Shown: piece by piece, positions 56,958 to 64,000 of the stretch
Layout: every line of letters starts with the position of its first letter
Position numbering within the stretch: position 1 is the first letter of the stretch
Assembly: GCA_020351305.1 (NCBI GenBank)
Contig: CP070730.1
Coordinates: 1,178,133-1,242,132, forward strand
Direction of reading: 5' to 3'
Length of the DNA: 64,000 nucleotides
Origin: Candidatus Bathyarchaeota archaeon
GTDB taxonomy: Archaea > Thermoproteota > Bathyarchaeia > Bathyarchaeales > SOJC01
Position numbers and translations under genes: made by a program
The notes under the pieces: generated by a model
Seen by the model: only the letters and a program-made list of their open reading frames with translations
Database searches by the model: none
What the model was told of the DNA's origin: nothing

Positions 56958-58220
56958 ATGAGAAAATTAGGTGGAAAAAGAACTTCACTGGAGCGATTTC
57001 GCCTCAAAAAAGCATTGGACATGATAGCTCGCAAAGAAGGGCGTGGAACTGAACTCGTTAGCCTTTATGTTCCCTCTGGAAAGCAAATCAGCGAAGTCCT
57101 CAACACACTAAGGCAAGAATATGGCACTGCAGCGAACATAAAGTCAGACACGACAAGAACTAATGTTCAGGACGCAATCATCAAGGTTCAGCAACGTTTG
57201 AAGCTGTTCAAGAAAGTGCCTAAAAACGGCTTAGTAATTTTCAGTGGGTCCATATTACAAAATGGCCCTGGAAGCGAGAGAAACGAAACCTATGTGCTAA
57301 CTCCACCAGAGCCCATAACCATAAACCTATACCGTTGTGACTCAAAGTTCCACACTGAACACCTCCAAGAGATGTTGAAAGAAAAAGAAACATATGGGAT
57401 CCTACTAGTGGATACCAGCAAGGCAACCTTTGCAGTTTTGCAAGGGAGACATCTGAGCATTGTAAAAGACATCACTTCTGGAGTTCCAGGCAAGATGCGT
57501 GCTGGGGGACAATCCGCTAGGCGATTTGAACGACAACGAGAAGCAAAGATAATAGAATTTTTCAATCGGATCAGCGAGTATGCCACAGACATTTTTCTCG
57601 GAATAGAAAATTTAAAAGGTCTTATTATCGCAGGTCCAGGTCCCACAAAATATGATTTTCAGAAAGGGGAGTATCTCCATTATCAGCTGAAAGACAAGGT
57701 GATATCGACCATCGACACTGCATACACCAGTGAACAGGGTGCAAAGGAAGTTGTGCAAAAAGCCCCTGAAATTATGCGACAGGTTCGATTCGTCGAGGAG
57801 AGAAAGCTGATGCAAGATTTTCTTTACGAGATCGGACATGATACTGGTTTAGCTACTTATGGGGAAGAAGAGGTAAGGCGTGCATTGAAAATACGAGCAG
57901 TGAGAACCCTCCTGCTTTCGGACGCATTAGATACTGTTAGAGTGGCTACAAAATGCACCTCCTGCGGTCACAACAAAGAAGAAACCATGAAGAATAGAGA
58001 CTTGGAAGGATTTCGGCAAAGCCTGACAGGGCGACCCTGCCCAAAGTGTAAATCGCCATCTCTTGTTGCAGATGAAGTGAAAGACACAATTGAAGAGCTA
58101 GCAGAACTAGCTGATCAGGTTAATGGGAATGTAGAAATCATGTCCACAGATACTGAAGAAGGACAAATGTTAAAGAATGCCTTTGGTGGAATCGCGGCAA
58201 TTCTTCGTTTCAAGCTTTAG
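56958..58220 (+). CDS. prf1: peptide chain release factor aRF1
   Basis: TAANIKS (NIKS) and GGQSARRF (GGQ) motifs. The ATG at 56958 is preferred over the track start at 56847. Confidence 0.95.
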   Translation: MRKLGGKRTSLERFRLKKALDMIARKEGRGTELVSLYVPSGKQISEVLNTLRQEYGTAANIKSDTTRTNVQDAIIKVQQRLKLFKKVPKNGLVIFSGSILQNGPGSERNETYVLTPPEPITINLYRCDSKFHTEHLQEMLKEKETYGILLVDTSKATFAVLQGRHLSIVKDITSGVPGKMRAGGQSARRFERQREAKIIEFFNRISEYATDIFLGIENLKGLIIAGPGPTKYDFQKGEYLHYQLKDKVISTIDTAYTSEQGAKEVVQKAPEIMRQVRFVEERKLMQDFLYEIGHDTGLATYGEEEVRRALKIRAVRTLLLSDALDTVRVATKCTSCGHNKEETMKNRDLEGFRQSLTGRPCPKCKSPSLVADEVKDTIEELAELADQVNGNVEIMSTDTEEGQMLKNAFGGIAAILRFKL

Positions 58221-58288
58221 ATCTCTCTACATCCATGCAAAAAGCTCTTAAAAGCCAAGTCCAGAAGCAAACCTTTGATACAGATTAA

Positions 58289-58948
58289 TCATCCCAGAAA
58301 AGAAAAATCAAAATTCCTCTGCAAAAACGGATTACTTCGCTTCTCATCACCAATAGTGGATTTGGGACCGTGGCCTGGATAAATAATATAATCATCAGGT
58401 AAAGTCATTAATTTCTCCCGCAAAGAGAGCATCATCTTCGCACCTGAACCTCCAAGCAAGTCTACACGACCGATCGAGCCTGCAAACAATGTATCACCTG
58501 TGAAAACGCATTCCTCCCCAACAAGCGAAATGCTCCCGGGGCTATGCCCCGGCGTATATAAGACACGCAAAACGACCTTGCCAAACTTTATAGTATGATC
58601 CTCGTCCAAAAATCTGTCTGCAGTAGGCGGTATACTCCGAAATTCAATCAATTCTGCCGATGGCGGGTTTGCTTCATTTAGCAGATGTGCATCAAATTCA
58701 TGGATTAGAATGGGAGCCCCAGTGACACGCTTTATAATTCCGTTGCCACACGTGTGATCGGGATGCCCATGAGTATTAATGATAAACTTGACCCTCAAAT
58801 CATTTCGCTTCAAGATAGCCAGAACCTTGTTAGATTCTTCTTGGCGCTCAAACCCAGGGTCGATAACAGTTGCATCTCTACTCTCATCACACCAAACTAG
58901 ATAGCAATTTGTGAAAAACGATCCTACAGTGAATATCTTCAAATTCAT
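58289..58948 (-). CDS. MBL-fold metallo-hydrolase (glyoxalase II-like)
   Basis: THGHPDH motif, TPGHSPGS, and GDTLF. Confidence 0.85.
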   Translation of the reverse strand: MNLKIFTVGSFFTNCYLVWCDESRDATVIDPGFERQEESNKVLAILKRNDLRVKFIINTHGHPDHTCGNGIIKRVTGAPILIHEFDAHLLNEANPPSAELIEFRSIPPTADRFLDEDHTIKFGKVVLRVLYTPGHSPGSISLVGEECVFTGDTLFAGSIGRVDLLGGSGAKMMLSLREKLMTLPDDYIIYPGHGPKSTIGDEKRSNPFLQRNFDFSFLG

Positions 58949-59179
58949 TGATAACCTACCAACAGCTAAAAACCCAACTTAAACTTAATAGTTTAGCCGT
59001 AATACACAGTCTTGCATACATTAAGAATTGACCATAAGCGTGTTAAGCATGCGCATTGGTTTAATAATTTGCACTTGTGGACTCCGTCTTTCATAATTCG
59101 GTACAAAAGTGCAAAGAAACCAATGCTTAAATCCTACAACTTTTCAATACTTTCAAACAACATTGAGTAGTCGACATAA

Positions 59180-60292
59180 ATGAGTAATACTTCAGTAGAT
59201 TCGACTATTGCTGCTCAGTTTGAAAAAATCCACTCCATGGTCACCGCGGAGTTTGATGTAGATGAATCGCTCCTAGAACATGGTATCCCGACTTTCTACG
59301 TAAGACTGAGATCGGATTCGAAACATGCTTTCACTAGACTTGTTAGAAGCTTAGCTAGTATAAACTTCACACCATTACTAAGAAAGAAAGATGGGAAAAA
59401 TGTGCTGAAAGTTGCGCCAAAGCCAAAGATAAAACCAAGTCGTCCAATTATTAACATAATATTGCTGCTGGCAACTATTATTACTGTATTCATTACAGGA
59501 TATATTCTGTCTCTTGGATTTATTGAATATGGAATGAACCCATGGATAGGAGCAGCAAGCTTTGCATTAACATTGTTAGGTATATTGGGTGCCCACGAGA
59601 TGGCTCACAAACTTGCGGCGGACCATCATGAGATGAAAGCTACGCTGCCATACTTCATTCCTGGTCCTCCATTCTTTGGAATTGGAACATTTGGGGCGGT
59701 CATCGTGCAAAAAGAGACAGCCCCAAATAGAGATGCTTTGTTTGATATAGGTGCAAGCGGTCCAATCGCAGGATTTATTGTTGCAATCTTAGTCACTGCC
59801 ATTGGCCTTTCTCTTTCTGCAGTAGAGTTGATGCCCGATCCTGCTCCAACTGGATTACTCCCTTCATCATTGCTTTTCTCGTTTCTAGTGGAAAGCATTG
59901 TTAGTATCCCAGGTCCAGGAAGATACATTATTCTTTTACACCCTGTAGCGTTCGCAGGCTGGATAGGAATGCTTATTACTCTACTGAATTTGCTACCAAC
60001 AGGAATGCTCGATGGCGGTCACACTCTCAGGAGCATCATTAGCAGTGACTTAAGCCGAACTATTTTCACCATAGTCTCAATTATAATACTCTTTTCAGCG
60101 GGACAATGGTTAATGTTGGCTCTTGTTTTGTTCCTATCCATGTACAAGCATCCTGGACCATTAGACGATATTTCACGACTCTCTCTAAGTAGAAAACTTA
60201 TCTCAATTGCATTGGTATTGATATTTATCCTTTGCATGTTCTTACCTCAACAGATAATACAAGAAATCTTTCGCCTTTTTGGTCTATTCTAA
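59180..60292 (+). CDS. site-2 protease family (M50) membrane metalloprotease
   Basis: HEMAHKL (HExxH) and NLLPTGMLDGGH motifs. Multi-TM. Confidence 0.85.
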   Translation: MSNTSVDSTIAAQFEKIHSMVTAEFDVDESLLEHGIPTFYVRLRSDSKHAFTRLVRSLASINFTPLLRKKDGKNVLKVAPKPKIKPSRPIINIILLLATIITVFITGYILSLGFIEYGMNPWIGAASFALTLLGILGAHEMAHKLAADHHEMKATLPYFIPGPPFFGIGTFGAVIVQKETAPNRDALFDIGASGPIAGFIVAILVTAIGLSLSAVELMPDPAPTGLLPSSLLFSFLVESIVSIPGPGRYIILLHPVAFAGWIGMLITLLNLLPTGMLDGGHTLRSIISSDLSRTIFTIVSIIILFSAGQWLMLALVLFLSMYKHPGPLDDISRLSLSRKLISIALVLIFILCMFLPQQIIQEIFRLFGLF

Positions 60293-60376
60293 TACTACCT
60301 CAGAGGGCATCTAGTTTTGCAGGATATAGGATTCAGCGCTTATTTGTTGGCATTGAAACCCGTACGCGAATAGAAG

Positions 60377-63300
60377 TCAAGGTATGGCGATATACACCTT
60401 CTTTTTATCCAACTTGAATTCATGCCATGATGCACCAAGGGTGATCCTAGTTTTCTTCAAGTGTACTTTTCTAGAGCGAACGAGCTCCACCAACGTTGCC
60501 AGATGAGGTTTCAGCAATTCTGTGCTTTCAGTGTCCAATTCCGCTAAGTAAACAGCATCTAAAATTTCTGTTGGCGTAAAGCCTAGCTCTTTACGCAATG
60601 CCTGGATGCGTCGAGCCACGTCACGCATCAATCCTTCCCCTTGCAATGTTTCATCTCTGCGGGTGTCTATCCAAGCATACAGGTCATTTTCTGAGGCTAG
60701 ACTACCTTTTTCACGTATCTCTGGGTCCATTTCTGCCATATCATCAACATATTCGATTGCTTTTACATTGACAAGTTCGAGAAACAGATCTTCAAGTTTC
60801 TTCACAGCATTCTGAGCGCTTCTTGGTCCAGCCAAGACTACCTTCTTTAAGGGCCATCGACGTTTTAATTTTACTTTCTGTCGTGCAGAGTAAGTTAAAG
60901 AAACATATCTGAGGAGCATGTCAAAGTTCTTTTCCAGCTTTGAGTCCACTAGTTTCTGATTGTAAGCTGGCCACTCTGCAAAATTCACTGATTCAAATCG
61001 TGTCTTGTCCAGTACTTTGTGAACTTGCTGGTACATTGCTTCGCAAAGAAATGGGGTGATTGGGTTGAAGAGCAGGTTTAAAGTCTTAAGCGTCTGCCAT
61101 AGAGTGACGTAGATTGTCAATCTACGTCGCAGCGTTTCTTGATCGTCGCTCCAAAGCTCATGCCTTACCATAGGAACATACTGGCGGCTTAGAAAATTGA
61201 CCACAAGCTCCTCCAACTCTGAAAGCGCAAAGTTGAATTCGCAACTCTCAAACCTCTCTGTAACCTCTTTCACGGTGTTCTGCAACTTTGAAAGAAGCCA
61301 TATGTCGGGTGGTTTCAGAGTCTTGATTTTTTCCACCCATTCCAAAGTGTGCTCTTGGGGATTGAAATGGTCATATTCAGCGTTTTGCATGAAGAAACGA
61401 TAAAGGTGGTAGATAGTGCTAAGAACTTGGTAAGGTCGTTTTTTAAGTTCTTTAACATCGAAGCTCATTGAATCAATCGGTGAGCACTTCCATAGCGTGT
61501 AAAATCTGAAGAGGTCGGCAGAGTATTGGTTGAGCACATCGTTAGCATCTATTACGTTTCCAAGACTCTTGCTCATCTTGCGTCCTTTCTCATCTAACGA
61601 ATGACCATGAAGTAAGAATGCTTGGTAGGGAGGTTCTGCTTTTTCAGTCATAATGACATGCTCGAGTAATAACGTGTTAGCCCAGCCACGAGTTTGGTCA
61701 ATAGCTTCCACCAGAAAGTCAACAGGTACATAACGGGCGAACTCTTCATCACTAAATCTTGCATAAGGGGCAGCACCGCTGTTATGCCAGGTGTCGAGTA
61801 CGAAAGGTTCACGATGCATTTTACCGCTACATTTTTCACATTTGAACAGGACACGGTCTATCCATGGCTTGTGAAGCTCGAAATGTCCTTTAGGAGGCTC
61901 CAATGCTTTCTCGAAAAGTTCTTTCTTGGTTGACACTAGAGCTTTGTGTCCACAGTTTGTGCATTTCCAGATTGGGAGAGGTGTGCCCCACACTCTTTCT
62001 CTTGAGAAGCACCATGGTTTGCCTTCGCGGAGAAACGCTAAGAATCGGTTTTTTGGCGATTCGTAGTAGTATTCAACCTTTTCAGCTGCCTGAACTATTC
62101 GATCATTTATCTTGTTTGTCCAAAGGTAATACTCTCTTCGAGCAAACCAAACCAGTTTGTGATGAGAACGCCAGCAGGTTGGATATTCATGGCGCACCCT
62201 TTTGATCGAAACCAGCAAATCCCTTTTTCGCAGCTCTTCTACAACTACATCATCTGCGTCTCTAGCAAAGTAACCTGCGAACATGTCAGCGTCTTTGGTG
62301 AAGTTAACCTCATCATCAAAAGGAGCGTAAATTGGGACATTGCGTTTCTGAGCGGCAACAAAGTCTTCTTCCCCATTTCCAGGGGCTAAGTGGACAACTC
62401 CTGTAGCAGCCGTTACGTCCACAAAGTCTTCACAGATAACCGTGTGCACCAATGAATGATTGTCAAGTTCCCGCTGTTTAGCAACTCTGTCTAAGAATGG
62501 GTACTCATATTTCAATCCTTTTAGTTCTTTACCCAAAGCAGTGTCGACAACGCGATAATTTTCGATTTCAAGTTCTTGCATAGTTGCCTCAACACGTTGC
62601 TTCACCATTATCCAAATTTCGTCTTTCACGTCGACCTTAGCATATTCAGCATCTGGATGCACAGCCAACATTAAGTCCGTAACTAGTGTGAAGGGCATAG
62701 TGGTCCATACGAGAAAATATTCATTCTTGGTCTCTGCAATTTTGAACTTAAAGTAGAGCGAAGGATCTTCAACCTCTTCGTATCCTAGACCCACTTCTGC
62801 GTTACTTAATGAGGTTTGACAATGAGGACAATAGGCAACAACGTAGTGCCCTTCACCCAATAATTCTTGGTCCCAAGCACGTTTGAGGTATTTCCATTCA
62901 CGTTCGATATACTCATCTAGATATGTCCAGTAAGCTTTTGAATCATTTATAAACACGCCAGCTTTGATGTCCGCACGATGCCAAGCTTCGTAATACTTTA
63001 CTATAGCCTTTTTACATTCAGCAACAAACCGCTCTTCTCCTACTCTTTCCAGCAGGTCTTTCTTGTTTTTTACACCTAATTGACGTTCTACTTCAAGTTC
63101 AACTGGCAACCCTTGGCAGTCCCAACCCGTCCAGAAAGGTATGTAGAAGCCCTGCATTGATTTCCATCTGTATCGCAGGTCCTTCATAACTCGTCCCCAG
63201 ACATGACCTACATGGGGATAACCATTGAGTGTTGGAGGGCCTTCTACGTAGCCTAAAACTCCTTTATTGTTTTTCAGCCTTAATTGTTCTAGTTTCTCAA

Positions 63301-63406
63301 CTATGCGGTTTCTTTCCCAGAAATCACGGATATTTTGTTCGAGCTCAAGCGGGTGATAGCCTTGGATGAGCCACCGTTTAGAATCGACGTTGAATTTGAC
63401 GGTCAC
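60377..63406 (-). CDS. ileS: isoleucyl-tRNA synthetase
   Basis: PHVGHVWG (HIGH-type) and KMSKSLGN motifs, plus a CP1 editing region. 1009 aa. Confidence 0.97.
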   Translation of the reverse strand: MTVKFNVDSKRWLIQGYHPLELEQNIRDFWERNRIVEKLEQLRLKNNKGVLGYVEGPPTLNGYPHVGHVWGRVMKDLRYRWKSMQGFYIPFWTGWDCQGLPVELEVERQLGVKNKKDLLERVGEERFVAECKKAIVKYYEAWHRADIKAGVFINDSKAYWTYLDEYIEREWKYLKRAWDQELLGEGHYVVAYCPHCQTSLSNAEVGLGYEEVEDPSLYFKFKIAETKNEYFLVWTTMPFTLVTDLMLAVHPDAEYAKVDVKDEIWIMVKQRVEATMQELEIENYRVVDTALGKELKGLKYEYPFLDRVAKQRELDNHSLVHTVICEDFVDVTAATGVVHLAPGNGEEDFVAAQKRNVPIYAPFDDEVNFTKDADMFAGYFARDADDVVVEELRKRDLLVSIKRVRHEYPTCWRSHHKLVWFARREYYLWTNKINDRIVQAAEKVEYYYESPKNRFLAFLREGKPWCFSRERVWGTPLPIWKCTNCGHKALVSTKKELFEKALEPPKGHFELHKPWIDRVLFKCEKCSGKMHREPFVLDTWHNSGAAPYARFSDEEFARYVPVDFLVEAIDQTRGWANTLLLEHVIMTEKAEPPYQAFLLHGHSLDEKGRKMSKSLGNVIDANDVLNQYSADLFRFYTLWKCSPIDSMSFDVKELKKRPYQVLSTIYHLYRFFMQNAEYDHFNPQEHTLEWVEKIKTLKPPDIWLLSKLQNTVKEVTERFESCEFNFALSELEELVVNFLSRQYVPMVRHELWSDDQETLRRRLTIYVTLWQTLKTLNLLFNPITPFLCEAMYQQVHKVLDKTRFESVNFAEWPAYNQKLVDSKLEKNFDMLLRYVSLTYSARQKVKLKRRWPLKKVVLAGPRSAQNAVKKLEDLFLELVNVKAIEYVDDMAEMDPEIREKGSLASENDLYAWIDTRRDETLQGEGLMRDVARRIQALRKELGFTPTEILDAVYLAELDTESTELLKPHLATLVELVRSRKVHLKKTRITLGASWHEFKLDKKKVYIAIP

Positions 63407-63602
63407 CTTTCATTAACACATCCCGCCAACCACAGAGATTGCTCTACCAACATATAACTTTTTTGAACTACACCTTCAGAAATGAGGCCATAACATGAAA
63501 ACTTTACTTATCTTCAAGAGGTGCCCTATTGTTGATGATGTTTAAAAATCCATTAACTTGCTCAGATTTTCGTGTGCTTCTTAAGCACCTTACGAATGCA
63601 CT

Positions 63603-64000
63603 CTAGACAGATATCTTTGTGCCATTGAAATCTCTTTTGAGTTTTCCAAACTCATTAACGACCTCTTGAAGCTGATTGCTTGTGAATACTGGTCCATCAG
63701 CACATACACGATATTTGCCAATGGTACAACTGCCGCATAGACCGATTGCACAGCGGATGATCCTCTCCAAACTCATCTGTAACGATATTTTATGCATATT
63801 GGATAATTCGAAGATTTTATAAAGCATGGGCTCTCTTCCGCATGCATATATTTTGTCGAACTTTTCCTTAGCAAGTGTCGTTTCCACGAGTTCGGTGACA
63901 ACTCCTTTATGTCCAAAGCTTCCATCTTCAGTGGCAGCATTGATTTTGCCTTTGGTTCGCGAAATTATTGCTTTTATGTAGGAAAGGAAAATTAGCTCTT
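63603..64000 (-). CDS. pyrK: PyrK-like FAD/2Fe-2S oxidoreductase subunit (partial; N-terminus outside the window)
   Basis: C-terminal CAIGLCGSCTIGKYRVCADGPVF cluster motif. The frame stays open upstream to the window end. Confidence 0.7.
   Translation of the reverse strand, partial: ELIFLSYIKAIISRTKGKINAATEDGSFGHKGVVTELVETTLAKEKFDKIYACGREPMLYKIFELSNMHKISLQMSLERIIRCAIGLCGSCTIGKYRVCADGPVFTSNQLQEVVNEFGKLKRDFNGTKISV

Noticed and set aside
57950-58070. Zinc-ribbon-like insertion (CTSCGH...CPKCKS) in the C-terminal domain of aRF1 as a novelty
   Set aside because: From memory, many archaeal aRF1 proteins carry a CxxC...CxxC mini-domain at this position. It is treated as ordinary.
1-64000. CRISPR arrays, transposases/IS elements, rRNA genes, or toxin-antitoxin and other defence modules
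   Set aside because: None seen. Apart from the 11-bp array at 8346-8444, the only repeats I noted are the short direct and inverted repeats reported above. All intergenic spacers are shorter than about 360 bp.

Overview
Archaeal chromosomal segment, densely coding, with many GTG/TTG starts, GGAGG-like ribosome-binding sites, TATA-like promoters and oligo-T terminators. The lineage cannot be fixed from this window. The backbone is housekeeping. It holds two conserved archaeal information-processing clusters: L44e-S27e-aIF2alpha-Nop10-PAC2 at 17.6-19.9 kb, and SecE-Spt5-L11-L1-P0-P1 at 42.0-45.2 kb. It also holds four aminoacyl-tRNA synthetases (Ala, Leu, His, Ile), aRF1, a tRNA-splicing endonuclease homolog, RNase P protein Rpp21, a YhbY/CRM protein, one tRNA gene, purA (partial), gcvT, fdhD, an MtnA-type isomerase, and a partial pyrK-like gene. 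From 19.9 to 35.0 kb lies a surface-glycan/N-glycosylation island: dTDP-rhamnose genes rfbDACB, a flippase, GT4 enzymes, LbH acyltransferases, a short UGDH-like dehydrogenase, DUF354, an AglH/Alg7-like GlcNAc-1-P transferase and AglB/STT3. Other content includes two CaCA antiporter paralogs, two PAC2 paralogs, DUF885, a ChlI-vWA fusion ATPase, a RIO/Bud32-like kinase, an SPFH protein, an M50 site-2 protease, TauE, MBL and cupin proteins. I saw no rRNA, CRISPR array, transposase or integrase. The observations most worth a second look are as follows. (1) An in-frame TAG interrupts an otherwise full-length Rpp21 gene. (2) The tRNA gene carries an 18-nt insertion between the D arm and the anticodon stem and has C at position 33, and it lies 2 kb from an EndA homolog that seems to lack the catalytic His. 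(3) A perfect 11-bp x 9 tandem repeat sits just upstream of a CaCA gene. (4) A divergent pair of radical SAM genes near gcvT are candidates for a LipS1/LipS2-type lipoyl synthase. (5) A small-protein operon (wHTH plus three small proteins, two sharing a motif) lies next to the SPFH gene. (6) A translationally coupled amidohydrolase / LpxD-like / AlkP-like triad sits in the glycan island. I did not find one clear-cut novel multi-gene system; all functional interpretations are from motif recognition by eye and need database or HMM confirmation.
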